This document shows, in pieces, positions 1-14,700 of a stretch of 64,000 nt of DNA (position 1 is its first letter; every line of letters starts with the position of its first letter). Below the pieces are notes generated by a model. The model saw only the letters and a program-made list of their open reading frames with translations. It had not been told where the DNA came from and did no database searches. The DNA is from Eledone cirrhosa (taxonomy: Eukaryota). The DNA lies in assembly GCA_964016885.1 (NCBI GenBank), contig OZ024753.1:45756001-45820000 (forward strand). The letters run 5' to 3'. The position numbers and the translations under genes are program-made.

Positions 1-610
1 TGTTCAGATATATTAATAAATATGTTGATATATGGTATTAAATATTTATAAATACGTACATATATATTAATATATATTGATAAATATACTAATTTATGAG
101 AGATATGTATAAATATATTAGTATATATTAATAATTATACTAATATGTGATAAATAGGTGTAAATATATACATATATATTAATATATATTAATAAATGTA
201 TTAGTATATGATAAATATATCTATAAATATGTACATATAGTAATATATATTAATAAATACATTAATTTATGATAAATATGTACATATATGTTAATGTATA
301 TTAATGACTATACTAATATTTGATGAATATGTATAAATACATACATATAGATATTGATATGTATTAATAAGTGTATGAATATATCATAATTATGTATAAA
401 TATGTACATATATTAATATATATTAGTATATGTATTATCAAAAATATGTACATATATAGTAATGAATATGAATAAATACATTAATTTATTATAAATACGT
501 TAATATATGTTAATAAATGTATTAATATATAGGTAGAAATATGTGCATATATATTAATATATATTAATTCATATCTATTAATAAATATACTAATATAGTA
601 AATGTATGTA
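1..610. repeat. Degenerate AT-rich low-complexity/minisatellite flank of the satellite array
   Basis: Recurrent ~12-13 bp units such as ATTAATATATAT, TAATAAAT and AAATATGTACATAT; almost no G/C; grades into degenerate satellite monomers at ~611. Confidence 0.75.
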
Positions 611-3600
611 CATATTTATGATGCCATGTTAGCTACTTTAGAGACATTTTAGTGTCGTGTATGATGCCGTTTTAGCCATTTCAGAGTTGTTTAAGTCATT
701 TATGATGCTGTTTTGGCCATTTGAGTGTCATTTTAGTCATTTATGATGCTGTTTCAGCCATTTTAGAGTCACTTTATTGATTTATGATGCCGTTTCTGCC
801 ATTTTAGTGTCATTTTTGTTATTTATGATGCCGGTTTAGACATTTCAGAGCAATTTTCGTAATTTATGATGCCCTTTTAGAAATTTCAGTGTTGTTTTAG
901 TCATATATGATGCTGTTTTAGCCAGTTTGAGTCATTTTAGTCATTTATGATGCGGTTTTAGCCATTTGAGAGTCAGTTTAGTCATTTATGATGCCGTTTT
1001 AGCCATTTTAGTGTCATATTCGTCATTTATGATGCAGTCTTAGCCATTGTAGAGTCGTTTTAGTCATTTATGATGCCATTTTATTCATTTTAGTGTCATT
1101 TTCATTCATTTATGATGCCGTTTTATCCAATTTAGAGTCCTTTTTGTCATTTATGATGCCATTATAGTCATTTTAGTGTTATTTCCTTCATTTATGATGC
1201 TATTTTGCCCATTTTAGTGTCATTTTCTTCATTTATGATGCCGTTTTAGCCAATTTAGAGTCAATTTAGTTATTTATGATGCAGTTTTAGCCATTTGAGA
1301 GTCAATTTAGTCATTTATGATGCCGCTTTAGCCATTTTAGTGTCATTTTAATGATTTATGATGCCCTTTCGGCCATTTTATCTCATTTTTATCATTTATG
1401 ATGCGTTTTAGCCATTTTAGAGTCATTTTAGTCATTTCTGATGCTGTTTTAGCCAATTTGAGTCATTTTAGCGATTTATGATGCCGTTTAAGCTATTTTA
1501 GAGTCATTTTAGTCATTTCTGATGCCGTTTTAGCCATTTCAGTGTTGTTTTAATCATATATGATGCTGTTTTAGCCAGTTTAGAGTCATTTTAATGATTT
1601 ATGATGCCGTTTTAGCCATTTGAGAGTCAATTTATTCATTTATGATGCCGTTTTAGTCATTTTAGTGTCATTTTCCTCATTAATGATGCAGTTTTAGCCA
1701 TTGTAGAGTCGTTTTAGTCATTTATTTTGCCATTTTAGTGAATTAAAATCATTTTAGTCATTTATGATGCCGTTTTAGCAATTTTAGTGTTATTTTAATG
1801 ATTTATGATGCCGTTTCGGATATTTGACTCTCATTTTTGTGATTAATGATGCGTTTTAGCCATTTTAGAGTCATTTTAGTCATTTCTGATGCTGTTTTAG
1901 CCAATTTAAGTCATTTTAGCCATTTATGATGCCGTTTTAGCCATTTGAGAGTCATTTTAACCATTTATGATGCCTTTTTAGCAATTTTAGTGTCATTTTC
2001 GTCATTTATGATGCAGTTATAGGCATTCTAGAGTCGTTTTAGTCATTTATGAGGCCTTTTCAGCCAATTTAGAGTCAATTTAGTCATTTATGATGCTGGT
2101 TTAGCCATTTTTTAGTCATTTTAGTCAATTCTGACGTTGTTTTAGCTAATTTGAGTCATTTTAGCCATTTATGATGCCGTTTTAGACAATTAAAATCATT
2201 TCAGTCATTTATGATGCCGTTTTAGTCATTTTAGTGTCATTTCCTTCATTTATGATACTATTTTGGTCATTTTAGTGTTTATTTCCTTCATTTATGATGC
2301 TATTTTGGCCATTGTAGTGCCATTTTCTTCATTTATGATGCCGATTTAGTCAATATAGAGTCAATTTAGTCATTTATGATGCCGTTTTAGACATTTGAGA
2401 GTCAATTTAGTCATTTATGATGCCGTTTTAGCCATTTTAGTGTAATTTTAATGATTTATGATCCCGTTTTAGCCATTTTAATCTCATTTTTCTCATTTAT
2501 GATGCCTTTTTGCCATTTTAGTCATTTTAGCCATTTATGATGCCGTTTTAGCCATTTGAGAGTCATTTTAGTCATTTCTGATGCCGTTTTAGCCATTTCA
2601 GTGTTTTAATCATATATGATGTTGTTTTAGCCAGTTTAGAGTCATTTTAATTATTTATGATGCCGTTTTAGCCATTTGAGAGTCAATTTAGTCATTTATG
2701 ATGCCGTTTTAGCCATTTTAGTGTCATTTTAGTCATTTATGATGCAGTTTTAGCCAATTAAAATGATTTCAGTCAGTTATGATGCCGTTTTAGCCAATTT
2801 AGTGTCATTTTCTTCATTTATGATGCTGTTTAACTGAATTTAGTGTCATTTTAATGATTTATGATGGCGTTTCGGCGATTTTACTCTCATTTTTGTCATT
2901 TATGATGGGTTTTAGCGAATTTAGAGTCATTTTAGTCATTTATGATGCCGTTTTAGCCGCCATTTGAGAGTCAATTTAGTCATTTATGATGCCGTTTAAA
3001 CCATTCTAGTGTCATTTACTTCATTTATGATGCCATTTTAGCCATTTGAGAGTCAATTTAGTCATTTATGATGCCGTTTTAGCCATTTGAGAGTTATTTC
3101 AGTCATTTATGATGCCGTTTTAGCCATTTTAGTGTCATTTGAATGATTTATGATGCCGTTTCGGCCATTTTACTATCATTTTTGTCATTAATGATTCGTT
3201 TTAGCCAATTTAAGTCATTTTAGCTATTTATGATGCCGTTTTAGCTATTTGAAGGTCAATTTAGTCATTTATGATGCCGTTTCGGCCATTTGAGAGTCAT
3301 TTAAGTCATTCATGATGCCGTTTTAGCCATTTTAGTGTCATTTGAATGATTTATGATGCCGTTTCGGCCATTTTAATCTCATTTTTGTCATTAATGATGA
3401 GTTTTAGCCATTTTAGAGTCATTTTAGTCATTTCAGATGCTGTTTTAGCCAATTTAAGTCATTTTAGCCATTTATGATGCCGTTTTAGCCATTTTAGAGT
3501 CATTTTAGTCATTTCAGATGCTGTTTTAGCCAATTTAAGTCATTTTAGCCATTTATGATGCCGTTTTAGCCATTTGAGAGTCAATTTAGTCATTTATGAT

Positions 3601-6600
3601 GCCGTTTTAGCCATTTGAGAGTTATTTCAGTCATTTCTGATGCTGTTTTATCCATTTGAGAGTCAATTTAGTCATTTATGATGCCGTTTTAGCCATTTGA
3701 GCCTCAATTTAGTCATTTATGATGACGTTTTAGCCATTTGAGAGTCATATCAATCATTTATGATGCTGTTTTATGCATTTGAGAGTCAATTTAGTCATTT
3801 ATGATGCCGTGTTAGCAATTTGAGAGTCACTTCAGTCATTTATGATGCTGTTTTAGCCAATTTGAATCATGTTAGCCATTCATGATGCAGTTTTAGCCAT
3901 TTTAGAGTCAATTTAGTCATTTATGATAGCGTTTTAGCCATTTTAGTGTCATTTTAATGGTTTCTGATGCCGTTTCCGACATTTTTCTCTCATTTTTGTC
4001 ATTTATGATGCGTTATAGCCAATTTAGAGTCATTTTAGCCATTTATAACGCCCTTTAGGCATATGAGCCTCAATTTAGTCATTTATGATGCCGTTTTAGC
4101 TATTTGAGAGGCACTTCAATCATTTATGATGCTGTTTTAAAGATTTGAGAGGCAATTTAGTCATTTATGATGCCGTTTTAGCCATTTGAGAGTAAATTTA
4201 GTGAATTATGATGCTGTTTTAGCCAATTTGAGTCATTTTAGCCATTTATGATGCCGTTTTAGCCATTTGAGAGTCAAGTTAGTCATTTATGATGCCGTTT
4301 TAGCCATTTCAGTGTCATTTTAATGGTTTATGATGCCGTTTTAGCCATTTGAGCGTCAATTTAGTCATTTATGATGCCGTTTTAACCATTTGAGAGTCAG
4401 TTTAGTCATTTATGATGGTGTTTTAGACATTTGAGAGTCATTTCTGTCATTTATGATGCTGTTTTAGCCAATTTAAGTCATTTTAATGATTTCTGATGCC
4501 GTTTCGGACATTTTACTCTCATTTTTGTCATTTATGATGAGTTTTAGCCAATGTAGATTCATTTTAGTCATTTCTGATGCTGTTTTAGCTATTTGAGCGT
4601 CAATTTAGTCATTTATGATGCCGTTTTAGCTATTTGAGGGTCAATTAATCATTTATGATGCAGTTTTAGCCATTTGAGCGTCAGTTGAGTCATTTATGAT
4701 GCCGTTTTAGCAATTTGAGAGTCATTTCTGTCATTTATGATGCCGTTTTAGCCATTTGAGCCTCAGTTGAGTCATTTATGATGCCGTTTTAGCCATTTAA
4801 GAGTCATTTCAGTCATTTATGACACTGTTTTATCCATTTGAGAGTCAATTTAGTCTTTTATGATGCTATTTTAGCTAATTTGAGTCATTTTCGCCATTTA
4901 TGATGCCGTTTTAGCCATTTGAGCTTCAATTTATTCATTTATAATGCAGTTTTAGCCATTTGAGAGTCATTTAAGTCATATATGATGCTGTTTTATCCAT
5001 TTGAGAGTCAATTTAGTCATTTATGATGCAGTTTTAGCCATTTGAGCGTCAGATGAGTCATTTATGATGCCTTTTAGCAATTTGAGAGTCATTTCTATCA
5101 TTATGATGCCGTGTTAGCCATTTGAGCGTCAGTTGAGTCATTTATGATGCCGTTTTAGCAATTTGAGAGTCATTTCTGTCATTTATGTTGCGGTTTTAGC
5201 CATTTGAGAGTCAATTTAATCATTTATGATAGCGTTTTAGCATTTTAGTGTCATTTTAATGGTTTATGATGCCGCTTTAGCCATTTGAGAGTCATTTCAA
5301 TCAATTATGATGCGTTTTTATCCATTTGAGAGTCAATTTAGTCATTTATGATGCCGTTTTAGCCATTTGATTGTCAGTTTAGTCATTTATCATGCCGTTT
5401 TAGCCATTTGAGAGTCATTTCTGTCATTTATTATGCTGTTTTAGCCAATTTAAGTCATTTTAGCCACTTATGATGCCGCTTTAGCCATTTGTGAGTCAAT
5501 TTAGTCATTTATGATGCCGTTTTAGCCATTTTAGTGTCATTTTAGTCATTTATGATGCAGTTTTAGCCAATTAAAATCATTTTCAGTCAGTTATGATGCC
5601 GTTTTAGCCAATTTAGTGTCATTTTCTTCATTTATGATGCTGTTTAACTGAATTTAGTGTCATTTTAATGATTTATGATGCCGTTTCGGCCATTTTACTC
5701 TCCTTTTTGTCATTTATGATGCGTTTTAGCGAATTTAGAGTCATTTTAGTCATTTATGATGCCTTTTAGCCGCCATTTGAGAGTCAATTTAGTCATTTAT
5801 GATGCCGTTTAAACCATTCTAGTGTCATTTACTTTATTTATGATGCCGTTTTAGCCAATTTAGGGTCATTTTAGTCATTTATGATGCCGTTTTAGCCACT
5901 TTAGTGTCATTTTAATGAATTATGATGCCCTTTCGCCCATTTTACTATCATTTTTGTCATTAATGATTCGTTTTAGCCAATTTAAGTCATTTTAGCTATT
6001 TATGATGCCGTTTTAGCCATTTGAAGGTCAATTTAGTCATTTATGATGCCGTTTCGGCCATTTGAGAGTCATTTAAGTCATTCATGATGCCGTTTTAGCC
6101 ATTTTAGTGTCATTTGAATGATTTATGATGCCGTTTCGGCATTTTAATCTCATTTTTGTCATTAATGATGCGTTTTAGCCATTTGAGAGTAAATTTAGTG
6201 AATTATGATGCTGTTTTAGCCAATTTGAGTAATTTTAGCCATTTATGATGGCGTTTTAGCCATTTGAGAGTCAATTTAGTCATTTATGATGCCGTTTTAG
6301 CCATGTCAGTGTCATTTTAATTGTTTATGATGCCGTTTTAGCCATTTGAGCGTCAATTTAGTCATTTATGATGCCGTTTGTTAACCATTTGAGAGTCAGT
6401 TTAGTCATTTATGATGGTGTTTTAGACATTTGAGAGTCATTTCTGTCATTTATGATGCTGTTTTAGCCAATTTAAGTCATTTTAATGATTTATGATTCCG
6501 TTTCGCCCATTTTACTCTCATTTCTGTCATTTATGATGCCGTTTTATCTACTTGAAAGTCATTTCAGTCATTTATGATGCTGTTTTAGCCATTTAAGAGG

Positions 6601-8764
6601 CAATTTAGTCATTTATGATGCCGTTTTAGCCATTTTAGTGTCATTTTAATGATTTCTGATGCCGTTTCGGACATTTTACTCTCATTTTTGTCATTTATGA
6701 TGCGTTTTAGCCAATGTAGATTCATTTTAGTCATTTCTGATGCTGTTTTAGCTAATTGAGCGTCAATTTAGTCATTTATGATGCCGTTTTAGCTATTTGA
6801 GGGTCAATTTAGTCATTTATGATGCAGTTTTAGCCATTTGAGCGTCAGTTGAGTCATTTATGATGCCGTTTTAGCAATTTGAGAGTCATTTCTGTCATTT
6901 ATGATGCCGTTTTAGCTATTTGAGCCTCAGTTGAGTCATTTATGATGCCGTTTTAGCAATTTGAGAGTCATTTCTGTCATTTATGTTGCGGTTTTAGCCA
7001 TTTGAGAGTCAATTTAATCATTTATGATAGCGTTTTAGCCATTTCAGTGTCATTTTAATGGTTTATGATGCCGTTTTAGCCATTTGAGAGTCATTTCAAT
7101 CATTTATGATGCGTTTTTTATCCATTTGATAGTCAAATTTAGTCTTTTATGATGCTATTTTAGCTAATTTGAGTCATTTTCGCCATTTATGATGCCATTT
7201 TAGCCATTTGAGCTTCAATTTATTCATTTATAATGCAGTTTTAGCCATTTGAGAGTCATTTAAGTCATATATGATGCTGTTTTATCCATTTGAGAGTCAA
7301 TTTAGTCATTTATGATGCAGTTTTAGCCATTTGAGTGACAGATGAGTCATTTATGATGCCTTTTAGCAATTTGAGAGTCATTTCTATCATTTATGATGCC
7401 GTGTTAGCATTTGAGCGTCAGTTGAGTCATTTATGATGCCGTTTTAGCAATTTGAGAGTCATTTCTGTCATTTATGTTGCGGGTTTTAGCCATTTGAGAG
7501 TCAATTTAATCATTTATGATAGCGTTTTAGCCATTTCAGTGTCATTTTAATGGTTTATGATGCCGTTTTAGCCATTTGAAGTCATTTCAATCATTTATGA
7601 TGCGTTTTTATCCATTTGAGAGTCAATTTAGTCATTTATGATGCCGTTTTAGCCATTTGATTGTCAGTTTAGTCATTTATGATGCCGTTTTAGCCATTCG
7701 AGAGTCATTTCTGTCATTTATTATGCTGTTTTAGCCAATTTAAGTCATTTTAGCCACTTATGATGCCGCTTTAGCCATTTGTGAGTCAATTTAGTCATTT
7801 ATGATGCCGTTTTAGCCATTTCAGTGTTATTTTAATGATTTATAATGCCGTTTCAGACATTTTACTCTCATTTTTGTCATTTATGATGCGTTTTAGACAA
7901 TTTAGTGTCATTTTAGTCATTTCTGATGCTGTTTTAGCCAATTTGAGTGATTTTAGACATTTATGATGCCGTTTAAGCCATTTGAGCGTCAGTTGAGTCA
8001 TTTATGATGCCGTTTTAGCAATTTGAGAGTCATTTCTGTCATTTATGTTGCTGTTTTAGCCATTTGACAGTCAATTTTATCATTAATGTGCCGTTTTAGC
8101 CATTTAGTGTCATTTTAATGATTTATGATGCCGTTTTTGCCAATTTTACTCTCATTTCTGTCATTTATGATGCCGTTTTAGCCATTTGAGAGTCATTTCA
8201 GTCATTCATGATGCTGTTTTATCCATTTGAGAGTCAAGTTAGTCATTTATGATGACGTTTTAGCCATCTGAGAGTCATTTCAGTCATTTATGATGTTGAT
8301 TAGCCATTCAGAGTTAATTTAGTTCTTTATGTGCCGTTTTAGCCATTTTAGTGATTTCTGATGCCGTTTAGCCAATTCTACTCTCATTTCTATCATATAT
8401 GATGCTGTTTTAGGCAGTTTAGAGTCATTTTAGTCATTTCTGATGCCGTTTTAGCCATTTGAGAGTAAACTTAGTATTCTATGATGCTGGTTTAGCCAAT
8501 CTGAGTAATTTTAGCCGTTTATGATGCTCGTTTTAGCTATTTGAGAGTCATTTCAGTCATTTATGATGCTGTTTTATCCATTTGAGAGTCAATTTAGTCA
8601 TTTATGTGCCTTTTTAGCCATGTTAGTGTCATTTTAATGATTTATGATACCGTTTCGGCAATTTTACTCTCATTTCTCTCATTTATTATGCGTTTTAACC
8701 ATTTTAGAGTCATTTTAGTCATTTCTGATGCCGTTTTAGCCATTTCAGTGTTGTTTTAATCATA
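611..8764 (+). repeat. ~41-bp satellite DNA array, T-rich orientation (~200 monomers)
   Basis: Consensus CATTTATGATGCCGTTTTAGCCATTTGAGAGTCAATTTAGT. Period measured directly: ATTTATGAT at 3551 and 3592 = 41 bp. 39-40 bp deletion variants are interspersed, and the left edge is more degenerate. Confidence 0.97.
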
Positions 8765-11700
8765 AATGACTAAAATGACTCTCAAATGGCTAAAAGAGCA
8801 TCATAAATGATTGAAATGACTCTCAAATGGCTAAAACGGCTTCATAAATGACTAAATTGACGCTCAAATGGCTAAAACGTCATCATAAATGGCTGAAATT
8901 ACTCAAATTTGCTAAAACAGCATCAGAAGAATGACTAAAATGACTCTGAATTGGATAAAACACATCATAAATGACACACATCGGAGTAAAATGTCCGAAA
9001 CGGCATCATAAATCATTAAAATGACACTAAAATGGCTAAAACTGGATAATAAATGACTAACTTTACACTTAAATGGCTAAAACAGCATCATAAATGACTG
9101 AAATGACTCTCAAATGGCTAAATCTGCATCATAAATGACTAAATTGACGCTCAAATGGCGAGAACGGCATCATAAATGGCTAAAATGACTCAAATTGGCT
9201 GAAACAGCATCATGAATGACTAAATTGACTCTCGAATGGCTAAAACGGCATCATAAATAAGTAAATTGACGCTCAAATGACTAAAACGGCATCATACATG
9301 TCTAAATTGACTCTCAAATGTCTATAACAGCATCATAAATGACTGAAATGACTGTCAAATGGCTAAAACGCATCATAAATGACAAAAAGGAGAGTAAAAT
9401 GTTCGAAACGGCATCATAAATCATTAAAATGACAATAAAATGGTTAAAATGGCACATAAATGACTAAATTGACTCTCAAATGTCTAAAACAGCATCATAA
9501 TGACTGAAATGACTCTCAAATGGCTAAAAACAGCATCATAAATGACTAAATTGACGCTCAAATGGATAAAACGGCATCATAAATCACTAAATTGACTCCC
9601 AAATGGATGAAACAGCATCATAAATGACTAAAATGACTCTCAAAGGGCTAAAACGGCATCATAAATGGCTAAATTGAGTCTGAAATGGCTATAAACTCAT
9701 CATTAATGACTAAGTTTACTTTCAAAGGGCTAAAACGGCATCAGAAATGACTGTAATGACTCTAAGATGGCTAAAACGCATCATAAATGACAGAAATAAG
9801 AGTAAAATTGGGGGAAACGGCATCATAAATGACTAAATTGACTCTCAAATGTCTAAAACAGCATCATATATGATTAAAACAACACTGAAATGGCTAAAAC
9901 GGCATCATAAATGACTAAATTGACGCTCAAATGGCTGAATTGGCAACATAAATGACTAAATTGACTCTCAAGTGGATAAAACAGCATCATAAATGACTGT
10001 AATGACTCTCAAATGGCTAAAACGGCATCATAAATGACTAAATTGACGCTCGAATGGCTAAATTGGCATCATAAATGACTAAAATTACTCCAATTGGCTA
10101 AAACAGCATCAGAAATGACTAAAATGATTCTAAATTTGCTAAAACGCATCATAAATGACAAAAATGAGAGTAAAAGGTCCGAAACGGCATCATAAATCAT
10201 TAGAATGATACGAAAATGGCTAAAACGGCATCATAAATGGTTAAAATGACTTAAATTGCTAAAACAGCATCATAAATTACTAAGTTTACTCTCAAATGGT
10301 TAAAACGGCATCAGAAATGACTAAAATGACTCTAAAATTGCTAAAACGCATCATAAATGACAGAAAAAAAGGTAAAATTGGCGAAACGGCATCATAACTC
10401 ATTAAAATGACACTAAAATTGCTAAAACCGCACATAAATGACTAAATTGACACTCAAATGTCTAAAACAGCATCATAAATGACTGAAATGACTCTCTAAT
10501 GGCTAAAGCGGCATCATAAATGACAAAATTAACGGCTCAAATGGCAAAAACGGCATCAGAAATGACTAAATTGACTCTCAAATGTATAAAACAGCATCAT
10601 AAATGACTGAAATGACAATAAATGGCTAAAACGGCATCATAAATGACTAAATTGACGCTCAAATGGCTAAAACGGCATCAGAAATGGCTAAAATGACTCA
10701 AATTGGCTAAAACAGCATCATAAATGAGTAAGTTTACTCTCAAATGGCTAAAACGGCATCATAAATGACTAAATTGAAGCTCAAATGGCTAAAAGGCCAA
10801 TAAATGACTAAATTGACTCTCAAATGTCTAAAACAGCATCATAAATGACTGAAATGACTCTCAAATGGCAAAAACGGCATCATAAAAGACTAAATTTACG
10901 CTCAAATGGCCTAAACGGCATCATAAATGACTAAATTGACTCTCAAATGGATAAAACAGTATCATAAATGACTGACATGACACTAAAATGGCTAAAACGG
11001 CATCATAAATGACTGAATTGAGGTTAAAATAGCTAAAACGACATCAGAAATGACTAAAATGACTCGAATTGGCTAAAACAGGCATCATAAATGACTAACT
11101 TTACTCTCAAATGGCTAAAACGGAATGAGAAATGACTGAAATGACTCTAAACTGCCTAAAACAGCATCATATATGATTAAAACAACACTGAATTGTCTAA
11201 AACGGTATCAGAAATGACTAAAATGACTCTAAGATGGCTAAAACGCATCATAAATGACAGGAAATGAGAGTAAAATTGGCGAAACGGCATCATAAATCAT
11301 TTAAAAATGACACTTAAAATGGCCTAAAACGGCACGTAAATGACTAAATTGACTCCCAAATGGATAATACAGCATCATAAATGACTGAAATGACTCTCAA
11401 ATGGCTAAACGGCATCAAAAATGACTAAATTGACGCTCAAATGTCTAAAACGGCATCATAAACGGCTAAAATGACTCAAATTGGCTAAAACAGCCTTTAT
11501 AAATGACTAAGTTTACTCTCAAATGGCTAAAACGGCATCATAAATGACTAAATTGACGCTCAAATGGCTAACATAAATGACTAAATTGACTCTCAAATGT
11601 CTAAAACAGCATCATAAATGACTGAAATGACTCTCAAATGGCTAAAACGGCATCATAATGAATAAATTTACGCTCAAATGGCCTAAACGGCATCATAAAT

Positions 11701-14700
11701 GACTGAAATGACTCTCAAATGGCTAAAACGGCATCATAAATGACTAAATTTACGCTCAAATGGCCTAAACGGCATCATAAATGACTAAATTGACTCTCAA
11801 ATGGATAAAACAGTATCATAAATGACTGAAATGACACTAAAATGGCTAAAACGGCATCATAAATGACTGAATTGAGGTTCAAATAGCTAAAACGACATCA
11901 GAAATGACTAAAATGACTCGAATTGGCTAAAACAGCATCATAAATGACTAACTTTACTCTCAAATGTCTAAAACGGCATGAGAAATGACTGAAATGACTC
12001 TAAACTGCCTAAAACAGCATCATATATGATTAAAACAACACTGACATGTCTTTAAACGTCATTATAAATGACTAAATTGACGCACGAATGGCTAAAACGG
12101 CATCATAAATGACTAAAATTACTCAAATTGGCTAAAACAGCATCAGAAATGACAAAAATGAGAGTAAAATGTCCGAAACGGCATCATAAATCATTAAAAT
12201 GATACGAAAATGGCTAAAACGGCAGCATAAATGATTAAATTGACTCTCAAATGGCTAAAGCGGCATTATATATGGTTAATATGACTTAAATTGGCTAAAA
12301 CAGCATCATAAATGACTAAGTTTACTCTCAAATGGCTAAAAGGGCATCAGAAATGACTAAAATGACTCTAAACTGCCTAAAACAGCATCATATATGATTA
12401 AAACAACACTGAATTGGCTAAAACGGCATCAGAAATGACTAAAATGACTCTAAAATGGCTAAAACGCATCATAAATGACAGTAATGAAGGTAAAATTTGC
12501 GAAACGGCATCATAAATCATTAAAATGACACTAAAATGGCTAAAACGGCACATAAATGATTAAATTGACTCTCAAATGTCTAAAACAGCATCATAAATGA
12601 CTGAAATGATTCTCCAATGGCGAAAACGGCATCATAAATGACTAAATTGACGCTCAAATGGCAAAAACGGCATCATAAATGACTAAATTGCCTCTCAAAT
12701 GGATAAATCAGCATCATAAATGACTGAAATGATAATAAATGGCTAAAACGACATCATAAATGACTAAATTGACGCTCAAATGGCTAAAACGGCATCATAA
12801 ATGGCTAAAATGACTCAAATTGACTAAGTCAGCATCATAAATGACTAAGTTTACTCTCAAAGGCTAAAACGGCCCATAAATGACTAAATTGACTCTCAAA
12901 TGTCTAAAACAACATCAGAAAAGAGTGAAATGACTCTCAAATGGCTAAAACGGCATCAGAAATGACTGAAATTACTCTAAACTGCCTAAAACAGCATCAT
13001 ATATGATTAAAACAACACTGAAATGGCTAAAACGGCATCATAAATGACTAAATTGACTCTCAAATGGATAAAACAGCATCATAAATGACTGAAATGACTC
13101 TCAAATGGTAAAACGGCATCATAATTGACTAAATTGACGCTCGAATGGTTAAAACGGCATCATATATGACTAAAATTACTCAAATTGGCTAAAACAGCAT
13201 CAGAAATGACTAAAATGATTCTAAATTGGCTAAAACGCATCATAAATGACAAAAATGAGAGTAAAATGTCCGAAACGGCATCATAAATCATTAAAATGAT
13301 ACGAAAATGGCTAAAACGGCATCATAAATGGTTAAAATCACTTAAATTGGCTAAAACAGCATTATAAATGATTAAGTTTACGCTCAAATGGCTAAAACGG
13401 CATCAGAAATGACTAAAATGACTCTAAACTGCCTAAAACAGCATCATATATGATTAAAACAACACTGAAATGGCTAAAACGGCATCAGAAATGACAGAAA
13501 TGAAGGTAAAATTGGCCAAACGGCATCATAAATCATTAAAATGACACTACAATGGCTAAAACGGCACATAAATGACTAAATTGACTCTCAAATGTCTACA
13601 ACAGCATCATAAACGACTGAGATGACAATAAATGGCTAAAACGGCATCATAAATGACTAAATTGACGCTCAAATGGCTAAAACGGCATCATAAATCGCTA
13701 AAATGACTCAAATTGGCTAAAACAGCATCATAAATCACTAAGTTTACTCTGAAATGTCTAAAACGACATCAGAAATGACTGAAATGTCTCTAACCTGCCT
13801 AAAACAGCATCATATATGATTAAAACAACACTGAAATGGCTAAAACGGCATCATAAATGACTGAATTGAGGTTAAAATAGCTAAAACGACATCAGAAATG
13901 ACTAAAAATGACTCGAATTGGCTAAACAGCATCATAAATGACTAACTTTACTCTCAAATGGCTAAAACGGAATGAGAAATGACTGAAATGACTCTAAACT
14001 GCCTAAAACAGCATCATATATGATTAAAACAACACTGAATTGTCTAAAACGGTATCAGAAATGACTAAAATGACTCTAAGATGGCTAAAACGCATCATAA
14101 ATGACAGAAATGAGAGTAAAATTGGCGAAACGGCATCATAAATCATTAAAATGACACTAAAATGGCTAAAACGGCACGTAAATGACTAAATTGACTCCCA
14201 AATGGATAATACAGCATCATAAATGACTGAAATGACTCTCAAATGGCTAAAACGGCATCAAAAATGACTAAATTGACGCTCAAATGTCTAAAACGGCATC
14301 ATAAACGGCTAAAATGACTCAAATTGGCTAAAACAGCCTTTATAAATGACTAAGTTTACTCTCAAATGGCTAAAACGGCATCATAAATGACTAAATTGAC
14401 GCTCAAATGGCTAAAAAGGCCCATAAATGACTAAATTGACTCTCAAATGTCTAAAACAGCATCATAAATGACTGAAATGACTCTCAAATGGCTAAAACGG
14501 CATCATAAATGAATAAATTTACGCTCAAATGGCCTAAACGGCATCATAAATGACTGAAATGACTCTCAAATGGCTAAAACGGCATCATAAATGACTAAAT
14601 TTACGCTCAAATGGCCTAAACGGCATCATAAATGACTAAATTGACTCTCAAATGGATAAAACAGTATCATAAATGACTGAAATGACACTAAAATGGCTAA

